The notes under the pieces were generated by a model. The model saw nothing but the letters and a program-made list of their open reading frames with translations. It searched no databases and was not told the origin of the DNA. Shown here one piece after another: positions 34,669-51,936 of a DNA stretch of 64,000 nucleotides. Location: contig CM082586.2 in NCBI GenBank assembly GCA_040954595.2, forward strand, positions 8,525,337-8,589,336. Reading direction: 5' to 3'. The stretch comes from Balanoglossus misakiensis (Eukaryota; Animalia; Hemichordata). Numbering within the stretch: position 1 is the stretch's first letter; every line of letters begins with the position of its first letter. A program made the translations under genes and the position numbers.

Positions 34669-37600
34669 GAAAGAGATTGTCATACTCTCTAACCATGTTA
34701 GCCAGTAACTTACAGAAGTGAATCCAACAATACGATAAGTTTATAAATACTGAAAAGTGAACAATCAGTAATTTGTGTTGGTAAGACAATAAATTAGTCA
34801 AATAATGTCAAAAAGTTGTCTTTCTGTGTTTATAAAGTATTGATCAGAAATATGATTTCAATTTGGTGTTGGTATATTATATCATTTGGCCCCTATTACC
34901 TTCTTTTTCAGGTTTATCTAATGAGTACAGCTCTAGTATAAAATGTTTCATGCTAACAAAAGCAGAATTGTCTGGACTCTAGCCACAAGAGAATTTTTTA
35001 TTAAAGTGATGATTTTCTTTTGACCTTTTGTATATACATGTACACTGTACATCCCTTCGTTTATTATGTGACTTGTTCTATGTCCAGTGTATGTATTTGT
35101 CTGTTGCAGTTTTGAGGTCTTTATGGAACCTGTAAATGAGACTAGATCCTGTAGACTGTCCCAATAAATAAAAAAATGCAAACACATTGATAAACATGAC
35201 CGTTTCTGTTGACAAATTGTACATGCCAATCTCCTGCTATAAATAAACATATAATAATAAAAACACATAACATATAAAAGTAATGTAACTTAACCAGTGA
35301 TCATTTTAATAAATATTTGATGTGATATCCAAGAAAAGGTACAGAAACTCAAATTTTATGGATGAAAGAATTTTACTTGTCCATGTCAATGCAGATTGCA
35401 GAATAATTGTTACTTGGCTGTAGTGAAGAACTTGGTTATTGAAACTTTAAATGTTAAATAAATGAAAATTATTTCAAAGATCAACTGAATTTTTTTTCTC
35501 TCATGAGTTTGTTTCATTATATTGCATTTAGTGTCTTTCAATAAAAGGAATTTATTTACCACATTGCAGATACATTTATGAACCAGGAATTTTTTTTATC
35601 TAAGCTAGGTTGTTCTCTATGTATATTTATATTAGATACTTATATTTCTTAGATACAAATGGAAGGATATATTTTTATTAGTTGACAAAATTTTGTCTTT
35701 TTTAAGATTTGAGGAAACTCTATGGCAGCATTGGAGGTTTTTTATTCAAACTTCTAAATGTTACAGTGTTCAAATAAATGAACTATTTTGGTGATCTTCA
35801 GTTGTGAAAACAATTACTGATAACATTTCTATATTTGACAAGTATTTTCTCAGCTTGTCATTTTAAATTTAACTTGTCTGCTTTATAGTGTAACTCAATC
35901 AAAATTGTTGAACAATCGTAGAACATAGGTTCTCCAAATCAATGTCTCAGAATTTTTTATTTCCTAGAATTATAATTATTGCAAATTGATATAATGTTTA
36001 AAAATGTGTCGTTTTCATGAATTACAAACACTGTTTATTAGTGTGTGACAGAGTATTTCACACTTGTTTTTGAAAAGCGCAAATTAATGGATGGGCTCTT
36101 GCTGTTCCATGTAAAACACTGAAAATGGATATTTCTGAAAAGGATTAAATGATTGGTGATTAATTAAGTTTGTCCTTTTCTTACATTGCTGATTTCTCTT
36201 CAAATCTAGCAAATGTCGGGTTGGCATTACACCAAATTGTCCTTCCCTGCGTACTTTATGGGGAATGTTTGTGTTCGAAAATCTTCCAGACCTCCCACCC
36301 CAGGATATAAAATGGTCCGCCCCTAAAACGCTGGCATAGACCTTTTGGGGAAAAAATAGAATGTTCCAAATAAGGATAATTCCCCCGTGGACTGTACAAA
36401 AGTTAGCTTAAAATTAAATTGAATCGTGTTAAATTGAATCTCTACAGGTTGAAGGGATAATTGTAAGCTTAAGGGGGCTTAACAGTCAGAAATCATCTGT
36501 CAAAGTGATGCGACTTAAATGGGTCAATTCTAGAATCCCGCCACCAACAAGTGGCGTAGACTGGACTCATTAACAGATATCATATTTACTCCATCAACAT
36601 TTGTACAAGTAGGCAAGCTAATATGGATATTCAATATGTTGTTTTTGCGCTAATTATCTTAGGCTATGCTTTTGCGTGGTGTGGTGTCGTAGCGTGTCAA
36701 CTTTAATCGCAACGATTTGTTGTCCCGCAATGCTGATACTCTGACCTTCGAGAGAGCCAGTATATACACACTTTCTACAGATGGTAGATTATAATTTCTT
36801 CTCCCATGAACTCTTACGAACTGGGCACTCGTCATCCACAAGTACACGTGCCGTGGCAATTATACATGATTCTTATAGTTAGGTCACCAAGTCTGACAAC
36901 CTCCTTTGCCAATGAAAAGACATTTCAGTCAACAAATTAGAGTGGTGGTTATGGTCTGAGCAGTTGTAACTTGATTATCGATTGATAGTGAACGCACGTC
37001 TCTGCGTGGATGTTTTTGCTTTAGGACAATCAAACGAGCGCTAACGAGGCATGTTTTACATCTTAATCAGATAAACATGGTTACACATCGCGGTGCGTGT
37101 CGTGTCACCTTATTAAAACATCTTTCGGGCAACATGTGTTGAATGGTGCGAGGAATTCCCGCCATAATGAGATAGCCTGTAGCTTGGTCAGGTCATGCAG
37201 CACATAGCACCGAGTCTACTAGTTTGTTATGATTGTTTTCAGACACGTGCTTAGACCTACTTACATTCTTCTATTTCCAACTTCAAGTTGTTAAACTTAA
37301 ATCACAGGCTGTAGAGTATACCTTTGTCAGCGATTTGTCTCGTAGTCGTACCGTACCTTGGAATGGTACCCTTGGCAGCGGCCAATACATTGCTGGTGGA
37401 GTTGAGTAGCTTTCCGTGGCAGAGCATTTTGTTAGATAATATCAAGTATTGGGTTCCACTCTTTAAATTCTTCGGCGTGATATTGTCATCGCTTGCAGGC
37501 ACATGTTAAACGAGTAGGCGCGGCATTTGCTGTGATAAAGACGGCTAATTTCATGGCTAGCTAACCAGAAAATGTCCTCATGGAAAAAGTTATTAAAATG

Positions 37601-39846
37601 TGCAAATAAAGTATCACTTCACTGTTTTAAAAGCAAAGGTGGAGAACGGGACCTCGGGCTATAACAGAAATCCAGTTTCATCCAATGCGGTTCCAAACAC
37701 AGGGGGATGAAACGACTCTGGTTTGAGGGTACAGATTGTGGTTTCCACAAGAGGACAGACATTTTCTTTGCACTGCATTCTCGCTTTCAAATTGGAAATC
37801 TTGTCACAAGCATTCTATCCCTCAGGCAACGTGACAAATCTTCACGGCACCTTGCAGATTTGCTTGGTTCGGTCACATCGTCATAGATTTTGTAACTAAA
37901 TAATGCTTACAATATCGCTGGAGATATCACCATCCTGTCTCAAAAAGCCTACTTCCAAATAATTCGATTCGCGATTTTCTTTAACGCTGAAGTCATTCTA
38001 AGGTTATAGTTGTGATTTGTTATTTCACGTTCATGTTTGATTTTTTTGTAACGTGCTTACCTGTCACTTTCTAGACATATTTAAGGTAGTCTGTGAGGTC
38101 GGTATGGGTAATTCGTTTCAAAATTCGTCAAAATACCCTCTGCCCCTTCATACAAACCAGTGTTAGAACTAAATTTTCGTCCAAGTTTAATTTCAAGTTT
38201 CAACATTAATTCTTCCCATACATTCAGTGAACATGCCATGTAATAAAAATGGACACTGAGCGTTTGACGATGATTACAATCCAAATATTCTGCACATTTT
38301 GCGTTCGACGCATTCAAACAGACCAGAGTCTCATATTTCATGCGCACCGTAGGCGTATCAGTAGACTTTAGTTTTGTCCCTTCTTTTCACCCAACTTGCT
38401 TTCTTTCTCTGATTTCAGACACAGACTTTAGACTTGTCTGTTGTTATGACACCACACTGCCTTATGATATACCATTTGTGTAACCAGATTCTCTGGTTTG
38501 ACACATGCGCATAAGACGATCTTCCCCCTTTAAAGCAACGAAAGTTTATATTCAATGCAGACTTCCAAGTTTGATTGACATATCTCTTGATCTTCAGCAT
38601 CAGTCGAACCCCCAGATCTTCACATTTGTAAATATCAAGAATAGTCTAGGGGTGAGTGTTGTATGCAAAAATATTTGTGGCTTGCTGTCTGTATGTGAAT
38701 ATAGACTTTCGCTTTACTGTGAGGAGTTGACCATGGCAATGTTGCGTGTCTTCACCAAGTGTTAAAAGATTAAACATATATTGTTCGAAATAGCGATTGC
38801 CTGCGAAATACTCTTTTTCAAAGCGGTCTAAGTTACATCCTGTAACGAAGATACGGGATTGTTTGTTATAGTATCACACACCATTAGCTCTGCCAAAACT
38901 TAACTAGTCTTCTTTAATAACCTGCCTAGTGACAACTCAGTTATCGATACTAGTAACACACCAACCAACAACATGTCAAATGTCAGAAAACTGTTTTCAG
39001 TGATTGAAATAAATACTTAATGGCCGTCAAAGGACAAGTAGTCAGATTATACGTGAATGTGTGGTCTATATAGACAGTGCAATTATTGTTGGCAATTACA
39101 TTCCAATTCAATTCAACGTCCGTAAAGTTTCTCAACATCGCACGATACCCGCAGTATGACTTCACGACAACTCTCAATAAAGGTCCTCTTTTCACAACGT
39201 TTTGCATTCCTACTCTACAAGACTCATCTAAGTGGCTTGTCAAATTTAGACTGCAGTCGCGAAAAGCAATTTTAATATGGTTGTTTGTCAGTGTGAAGCA
39301 TTCAAAAACGCCAATTGTTTAGACAAATGTAGCCATCAACTGTGATCTGGCAATTAGTGACCAGTAAATATATGTCAAATGTCGATGGGATTGCTTGGCG
39401 CTGTAATGGAAAGGGACCACCAAGACTGGTAAAAATTAAAATCTATAATCCATTTATCCAAACTGTGATATCTTGCATGCCGGCGGGTAGAATTGGTTAA
39501 AAAATAAGTAGTATTATTGTTGTATTTGAAACATAAAGCTGGAAAATTGCTTGAAGAAATATAAATAACCAAACTAGCCAGTGCGCATTTCATGTACTTT
39601 ATCCATATGTAATCATCCCGAACTATTTCCAATGCGTTAATGGGGTGTCGAGGCAGTTTGATTGACCAGACGAAAGCTGCAATATCTAGGTGAGCTATTG
39701 CTTTTTCAATATGTTTCTCTTCTTCATGTTCTTCTACTAGCTTCAGAAGTCAATTGCATCTTGCAGACATTTTATCACAAGCTGTTAAGCGCCATTTGTT
39801 TTTTGTATATATACCAGAGGGTCTGTGCGTGTTCGTACGTGCGTGC

Positions 39847-39847
<1 letters not shown>

Positions 39848-39897
<50 letters not shown>

Positions 39898-39957
39898 AGA
39901 TTTCATTGAAATTTGGTTTGTAGGTTCCTGGGTGTGTTCTGGTGATGATTTACGAAA

Positions 39958-40004
<47 letters not shown>

Positions 40005-40076
40005 ACAACAACAACAACAACATTATCATCATCATCATGTAGGTTCCTGGGTGTGTTCTGGTGATGATTTACGAAA

Positions 40077-40116
<40 letters not shown>

Positions 40117-40117
40117 G

Positions 40118-40198
<81 letters not shown>

Positions 40199-40213
40199 AC
40201 AACAACAACAACA
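39848..40213. repeat. (TCTG)n tract followed by a tandem duplication of a 40-bp flank + (CAT)n(CAA)n
   Basis: GTAGGTTCCTGGGTGTGTTCTGGTGATGATTTACGAAA occurs at 39920 and 40039, each time followed by (CAT)n(CAA)nCATTATC. Confidence 0.92.
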
Positions 40214-41497
40214 TTATCTGACGAATGTGTTTTGCTTTTACTTCTCTCCGCACCTTTGGCATTGTTGAAGTCGACTTCAATATTTGATTATAAATCATAT
40301 GAAACTAAGTACGGTACATTTCATATGCTATTATTTATATGACGAATATATTTCGAATACTTTCAGATTGAAATGCACTTGCGAGAAACGCGAAAAGATT
40401 AAACGAGCGATGACATAAAGATCTGGACGTACATTGGACACCTGAAATTCAAAATAGCCAAATGGATGTAGATGTGCTTTGTTTTTGTCATGACAGGATA
40501 AATTCATGTGACAAAAATCGGGAATTAAAATAACAAGTCATCTAATAAACTGTGGCACTATGATTTTAGTTTAAGATTACCTCGAACTGTTCATTTTCCC
40601 GAGACAGATGCTAACTGTCTAATAACTTTACACTGTAAAAAAACCATACATCAGTTTAACAATGACCTGGCTCGAAATACATTATAAGTAAGTCAAGCAG
40701 AGTATTCTGAATAATTCTCAATAGCATTTTCATTATTTAAGAAACATACGCTCGTAATCCTACACTCATGGGGAACAAAGTTGATACTGGTTATCAGAGA
40801 AGAACACGCATGCGCGGAGAATCCACCGAATGAACACACACACACTATGATTTTTTTTTCAAATTGGATATATTCAGTAACAGAAATTAACATTATCTCA
40901 CGAAATGTAATAAACTAACATCTGATCTCTACAAGATAAATAAATTGAGTACGAAAACATAGTTATGATCTAGAAGTTTGGAAGGATCGTATTCTTCTTC
41001 TCAGTATGGTGTCGTAGTTTTGCGAATTGAATAAAAATGACTGTTTTGCAACGTATTGATAGTTGGGCAGCTGCAACGCACATAAGCCTATTGCCCAGTT
41101 TATTATTTTCGATTGAGCGTATTAGCGACGTGTCTTAACACCACTGTTTCGTAAAGAATGATTGAAATTAAGAAATCAAAGGAATCCTGTGTCAAATTTA
41201 AGTATGTCTCATGATAGAAAACACGATAATAATTTTCATTCTTTTCAGCTTTGCGACTTTGATTTCAGCCTAAGCCAATTAAACAAATATATTTACATTA
41301 GCATGTTTTTCACTGGATCATGGATAGTCTCATATCCTGCCTGTTTTTTTTAGATTTTTAAAAATTATACGAGGAATATCAGATGACAGTGGTAATATAT
41401 TGAAGTAGCACCAACTTCGTACTTCCTTATCGGTTTTAGCCTTGTGAGTTGTAGCTGACAAGAACTTCACTGTTAGTCAGTTCCGCGAGACACAGTG

Positions 41498-44732
<3,235 letters not shown>

Positions 44733-47112
44733 AGTCACGCCGTCTTGAGAGCCTATAGTTACTGGTGGTTTGGGTCGCTAAAACAGTTCGACGGAACACA
44801 GACTTAGGTTGGCGCTTGTCGAACAGAGGGCAAAGTGGACTTCACTGGAGAATATAGAATGACCATGCATCGGAACACCAACAAAGCCAACACTGAATTA
44901 TATGTAGTTTCAACTCAAACTGCTACAACAGATACATTTAGTTCATTACTTGAGTAACGTTAGACGTTGGTAGTTCTTTGGCTGCCGGCAGGTCCTCTTC
45001 CATTGTTTCCGAGGTAGGTAAGCGTCTATCCCCAGAGGGACAGGGGTGCATAATTGCATAGAGAAGCTAGATTTAAAATATATGCATGACATGTCTCTGA
45101 AAACAGGAGTGGGGTCATGGTGCACGTCGATCATTGTTTCATGTGTTCATTTTGGTGTGCCAGTGTAAAGGAAAGAAAATTATGTGATAATCTCTTGCTC
45201 TCATTAGCCTTTCTATGACAACACAATTTCTACAAAGCTCAATATACCAATAAAAGTGGGACAGTATCATCGACAGATATACATTCAGTGACAGTCTCAA
45301 ATATCTTTACACATGGCTTTCAAAGTAGTTAAATTTACATTTATACCAAAAAAATCGACCTACGTCACAACAGATCTTCAGAGAGAAAATTCGATCTCAG
45401 GATCAAGAACACCCGCCGCATTTTTGTGGAGGTACGGTGCTATGATCTAGGGTAGGGGGGTTGCAGCATAGGTCCTAGAGGTTAGTTTGCGCAATTTGAT
45501 GAGGGTCTTTACTAAAGTTAGTTAACCCCCTCTAAATAATTCAGTGCACTCCCTGCCTTACTGTGGTATCGTGGACAAAACATCGACAGTGAAGTTAAAA
45601 TAATGGTTAGCCATGTTAATGATACTGGCTATTTCAAGTGATGAAAATGGCGTCGCTTGTGCCAATAATGATTATCTCGAGTGATAGTAATAGCGATCAC
45701 ATAAATTGATCTCGTTTAACGATATCGATCAGTATGGTTGTTGATAATTCAAGTTGTTCAACAAGAGTTCAAAATATTGCCTTTCCGGGACTTTTCAACA
45801 GAGAGACATTCCTTATTTTGAGAAATATGGGAAAATAAGACCAAGAAGCAATTCCTAATTTGCACAATCTAGTAGGAGAGAAAATATGATAAGACATTTA
45901 TACTACTTATACAACGAGATTGTTGTCAATATCCCAAGCATATAGGGAAGATATTCAGTTGAGTATTGAACTCCTCGGAACTAAAACCGGGCGACTCAAA
46001 CTTTACTTTTTTTCTGTCTTTGTAGCATCCAATAGATATTCTGATCCTTTCGCGTGCCAAGTTTTGGGGAAAAAATGAAACAGAACCTCTCTTTCTCCAG
46101 GGACCCTGATTATAAATAAAACCCCGCCCTCCTCCGTGACTTGAGGAAACCTATAGAGTACCCATTTCCCCTTGAATGTGCAACTGCCGGGTTATGATTG
46201 GCGGCCGTTTGAGAATCAAAATTTAAGACAATCTGGCTCCTGCAATTAAAATTTTGCAATTGAACGGAGACCGACGCCCCTTCCCCCAATTTGTAATAGT
46301 TTTCCAAACGGAACTCCACGAGATCTCGCGTGGCTAGGTAGGTTAGATGAGAGGATATTCTTGTGTGACACAAGACAAACACACATGGCCCATCGTGTTA
46401 ATAAACGGCGCAAACTATACAATTTTGTTAAACTTTGCATCTTTTCTAGTTGCACCTATATTCACACAAAACTTGACTTGTATTACTTGGCCAACAACCC
46501 GTTACAGCGGGCCACGGTAATTTAAGCGAGTACAATGGGCGGAAAATCCTCGGTTGCTGTCACCCAGTAACGGAAGAACCAAAGTTGATGTTTGTTATCT
46601 TTAGAGCGCAATAATGGAACGATTCCCGCCGATTGTGACGGGTTCGCCATGTACAAATGTGTATACAGTGTAAGGTATGTGTACTTCCTACACACAACAC
46701 GGGATAACGCATTCTATGACACACGCTGCTTCGTGTATGCATTTTCCATTTAGGAGACTTACAGTGTGTTGTGGACACTTGGCGTGTGGTAGCTATGTCG
46801 CCATCGTTACCCTGGAATCCATGTCATGTGTCAAGGTTTCGACCTAAGGACAAAGTCAGTGAAACACCACTGGCGTTTTATCATGCAGAGTGATCGGTGA
46901 CGTTCCATCCCAAACAGCAGCAGACAAGGTAGTTCTGACTGGTGTTGTGGAAAATTGAGCAGACTGGTGTACTGTGTATTAGCTTTGAATTTTATTGTAT
47001 ATCAAACTGTTACGGGATTCCAATGTCAGATTTCGTTGATACCGATTCAAGACATAATGTTAATATCGTCGTTTTGATGAGATGAATGGGTTTTCTATAG
47101 CTTGTGGAAAAC

Positions 47113-47181
47113 TAGCCCAGCGTACAGGTCTGTGTGGAGGCCGTGTAACGCCGCGAACACACAGACCTGTACGCAGGGCTA
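47113..47181. mobile_element. 69-bp TAG..CTA mini-element with a perfect 9-bp TSD (Academ-like)
   Basis: GTGGAAAAC-TAGCCCAGCGTACAGGTCTGTGTG ... CACACAGACCTGTACGCAGGGCTA-GTGGAAAAC; related to the 25850 element and a fragment at ~27373-27410. Confidence 0.8.
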
Positions 47182-50100
47182 GTGGAAAACTATTGTTTGT
47201 GTTATTTCCAGTCTATTTCTTGCGATAGAATGATATTTGTGTGACATTTGCCAAAACATAAATACAATAACCATTTTGAAGGCTATCTCGACAAAACATT
47301 GTTAATCACTTCAAATAAAACTTCAACTAAAGATACATCGAAAATATTATTGTGATTTGGCGAGTTTTCCCTGGTACAAATTACATAAAACGCATATTGG
47401 AAGTTATGCCTACTTTCCCCCGTTTTTGTAAAAAAAAATCGCGCGACTTATACAGGGCGTAAATGTTGGGGATTTTCCCCCTGAAAGAGTGACCTCAAAG
47501 CTACCAAATTATGTAGCTGTACCGAACTTCCCCTTTAAACTACACTGGCATCATGCACTATGCTTTATCTTTGATGATAGTTGAAATCGACTTGCACTAG
47601 TTCTATTCGTAAGCATATTGGTTTCCGATACACGTCTACATCAATGTTCACAAGCTTAAGGAGTATCCTTGTCGCACGCAGGGCATGACAGGGCATGGAT
47701 TAATAATCAGTAACACAAGTTCTCCTAACTGTTCGTGGTGAGAATTAATTTAACGCTGACAAACATCAAAGAATTTTTAGCCTCATTTTGTCATTCAATA
47801 TTTTAATTGTTCATATCAATGGGAAATACGAGAGTTATTTGGGTGACTTTGGTTACAGCCGCTATGCATTACGTTACACTTCACCGATTAATGCCGCTGC
47901 ACTCTCGTCTCGGCTATGCCACAGTCGAATGAGGTTTGTTAGACAGCGACTTTTTCTATGACTTTAGTAGCAGAGGACGTCATGAAACCAAATCCCGACT
48001 TTCGTTCTACCTCACCTATCCACTGGAAAGTAGAGGTGCTGTGATTGGTTGCTTACTGAGAAAATGTGTAGATAGCCAATTACAATACCGCTACCTTCAA
48101 GATTGTCCGGGAAGGTAGAGCGAACGTAGAAATACCAACCTCAATGCAAAACGACTTCTTAGGGTTCAAATGTTGATCGAGGCAGCAGAATAAAACAGAC
48201 ATAGTCGTTTGCGCATGTCAAATAAGCACCAACTCCGCCATTCCTAGAACGGCGTACCAAGTTCGGACAATCACGCATAATTTGGCTCGCGATGATGTTT
48301 GCGAACAGTTTACTTTGCTAAGGCTATGTGGAAATTTGTATATGAAAATTTTCCAAAAAAAAAAACACTGGCGTGTTCTTGTACAAATCTTCTTGAAGAA
48401 AAGGTGATTTTCTTCCGGCATATTTGCCGCGATTTACCATTTCTTTATGTTGTTTTAAACGTAAAATTGACAGACATGAAAGACGCGAAACAAGACGAAC
48501 CTCACAAGCTACATGTACCTTACATGTGTTCACACATGTCATAATATTGTTGAGTGAACCAATATGTTTCAGTCAAATCGTCACGTGCACAGAAAAACAT
48601 ATTTTGGCGTCATTGAAAACAAATTATCTCCTGGTGCACCACAACGGCAAATATATTTTCTCTATAGGCTAACACTATTTTCTTTTCGAAAACCCTCCAC
48701 CCCCTCTATCAAATGGTTTACCCCTTATTGACTTCTGTCTTTGTGAGACCAGAGGTTTTGACACGGTCATTGGAGTGACCGTGGTTTTGAGAACAATTAC
48801 AATGTAATTTAGTTGACACACGACAAATTTACAAATTCATAAAGAGTCAAAATAAACAGTGAACATTCTCATCCCTTTATTTCTGGCTTTCCATTACAAC
48901 ATTAATAGGTTTGGCAGCCAAGAAGCCCCCCCCCCCCCCCCCCACAAATACAATCATTTACAGTCATTGAAAAATTGTCGTTTCGCCGATTGATGGTAAA
49001 TTACAAGATAATGTCTGCGTTCACTGTTGCGCGACTATGAAGTATTGTGTTCTCAATTGAGCAAATGATGGATTTCGCCATCATTAATGACATCATTTAT
49101 TGTCTTGAGACGTCTACTCTATGTCGCTTAGTTAATTGTGTGTACCTGTGTGTACACTTTGACAATCAGAAAATAACAAAAACACGTGGATGTGTTTTAG
49201 GTTGGTGTAGTTTACCGTTAGCTGTATTTCTTGGACGTTACTTCGGTTAATTTGTATACACAGGTGGTGGCTGTGTGTGGTCGGTGTTGTATCTCTGATG
49301 TTTATATCTGTGTCAGCTCTGTTCACTGAATTAACTATGATTACATCCACCTACAGTCACCTTACTGTTGTTGAAGTTTCTTTTTCAACTTTCTTAATCA
49401 TTTTCAGGAGCGTAGAGTGCGTACGCTGGTAATTTTACCTCCCCGCATGCTATACGTTTCACCATCGGTTACCCAGCGACTGCACACTCGCACACGTGCA
49501 CAGGAGATTTTCTTGCACATTTTATGTGTTTGTTGTTTTATTGTTATCTCGATACAAATCCGATAGCCGTAAATAAACCTAATTACTCATAGGCGTCACA
49601 GTGATTGATCGGCGGTGCACGTTTCTGTGACGTTTAGAAAAGAAATACAGACTGCTTACATTGACAACAACACCGCCGTTTCCGATCGTTATAAAAGCAA
49701 GGTAACGTAACCTGTATGTTGTCACCTTAGAACAACGAGGACACTGAACCGCACGCCATGGACAGTTCAACAGAACAAAGAACCACAGAAACGGAGAATA
49801 CGTATTGAACGGGCATTCCCGCAATTAAATTAAGTCTCTGATATTTTCATTACGACTTTGTAATTTTGACATTCTTTTTTAGTGTTATAAACAGCTAAAA
49901 TTTTCTACGAAACGTTTTCTTCACAAAATTCGGACAACGCCGTTTATCCAAAGAAATCACGTGCATTCCGTAGTTATACTGTAAACATTTTAAGATATGA
50001 CCTGACTTGACATTGAGAAACTTTGCCGTCCCTTTTTTTCGAAATGCTGTAATTTCTTGGAATTTTGAAATGAATAAATAACATTGATAAACACGCTCAT

Positions 50101-50842
50101 TCGATGGTCACGGGATAAATCACTCGAGAACAATTATCACCAAAAATATGAGGTGAAGGCCAGATTTTGCGATACTTTAATTTTTCTGCCATTTTGTCTG
50201 ATGGCACGGAAACCAACAAGACGGTTTAGGGTGGGGAGCCATGCCTATCCACACTGACCCACTGTGTTTCATGCGCATGAGCACAGTACGTAGGACATAC
50301 CACAGAGTAAGTCTCAGCCATTGTGGTTTAACCTATATTACACCCCATTCTGTTTTTCCTTGACTCAACCACATGCCCTTGAGGTAATGTTTTTTTATTT
50401 CATAGTAGTCGTATGTGGAATGCATTTATGATTTGCATGCCTATTCAATGAAGACTCATGCAACGTGATAGTACTGTACATGTACGCCAGAGTGGCGTCA
50501 GCCCACTCCTGCACACAGAAAAATTAAAGGTAAGAATACTTCTCGTCGCCCGATTTTTCAAATCGGCCAAATTCTCCGGCGAAATCTTAGCAAGTATTGC
50601 GAAGTTAGATGATAGAAACTGGTCTGCGGCCAGGATGTTGACATAAACAATCGATCGACTGGACTATTTTGCCTAAAATCATACATTTCCATTATGCAAC
50701 TGGCGAGAAATCGTCTCCAAATCGGCTACGCACACCATACATGTACGAACGACGTCAATTTTGAATCAGCTTCATGAATTTTTAGTCATGTTTGGTCAAA
50801 AATACATCTGATAAAATATTTGAAATGATTGATTTGAACAAA

Positions 50843-51460
50843 TTGAATATAATAAATCTTTTTAAAAAAATCGTCCACACATAACAGTAAATTTATTGAA
50901 GAAACTTCAAATGACCGCAGCCTTTAGTTCAAGAAGTTGGGTGACGTCTAGAAATTTTCCAACGCTTGGTGGCGACATTTACAATTCCCGAACAGGCCTC
51001 AATCTCTGCCCACCAGGTGCGAATCTGTCTGGCAATTTACGCGCGTATTAATATATATATTTAAATTTTGTGAACAGACGTGTTAAATTAGGTCAACGCA
51101 CGGGTCAACGTAAATTGGAGCGTCTACGTCGCACACCTGTTCCCAGAGTGTAGAGCCTACCCAATCACAAGTGCTGTGGTCTACCTGTTTCGGTCGTGCG
51201 GATATTATAACTGACCAATGAGAATTGTCGGGTCGAAATTAATAATTATTCATAATTTCGACCCGACAATTCTGATTGGTCAGTTAATATCCGCACGACC
51301 GAAACAGGTGGACCACAGCACTTGTGATTGGTCAAGCGTTGAAAAATTTCGTGACGTCACCCAACTTCTTGAACTAAAGGCTGAAGTCATTTGAAGTTTC
51401 CTCAATAAATTTACTGTTATGTGTGGACGATTTTTTTTAAAAAGCTTTATTATATTCAAT
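50843..51460. repeat. Large foldback (nested inverted repeat)
   Basis: 50843-50968 pairs with 51333-51460; 51161-51240 pairs with 51254-51331. Confidence 0.9.
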
Positions 51461-51607
51461 GTGTTTGATGTTTTTTCCTGTGAATAAAATTACTCAAGAC
51501 TGCCACTTACGAGAGAGAATAGCTGTGCAATATTTATATGAACGTTGTTAACTTATCGATTGGTGAACTAATTATGAACACGACTGTTGACACCAAATTC
51601 ATAAATT

Positions 51608-51936
51608 TCAAAAGGATGGGTCGTATATACGGTACAACTTCACTTGACCACCTTCATGGCTATAGTCTATGTTCGTCTCTTCGATATATCCCGGTGCAGG
51701 ATATCTTATGGGCTCATTTTTTTGGGGGGTTCTGCGAATTTCTATTCCTCCAAGTATTTTCAATTGTGGGTGTGCATCGATCAGGAACTCAATGACTTCG
51801 AGTCCATTTAAATTAAGGGGCATGTGTAACTTTTTCTCTCCCAGCCCGGCTTCCCACAATTCCCGCCTTTCCTGGATAGTAGGAATCCTAATCTTGTCCT
51901 ATTATTGCTAAAGCGACCCAAATTTGAGGCCAAGTT
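51608..51936 (-). pseudogene. Frameshifted relic of an 'AGLGEKK' domain gene, a type seen in G2E3-like/HECT-associated repetitive genes
   Basis: WPQIWVALAIIGQD[frameshift]RIPTIQERRELWEAGLGEKKL...EFLIDAHPQLKILGGIEI...GY...GGQVKLY. The family assignment is from recalled motif resemblance only. Confidence 0.5.

Noticed and set aside
37302-37509. GC-richer open frames between the membrane-protein gene and Barx
   Set aside because: No recognisable motif or partner exons; cannot be supported as a gene.
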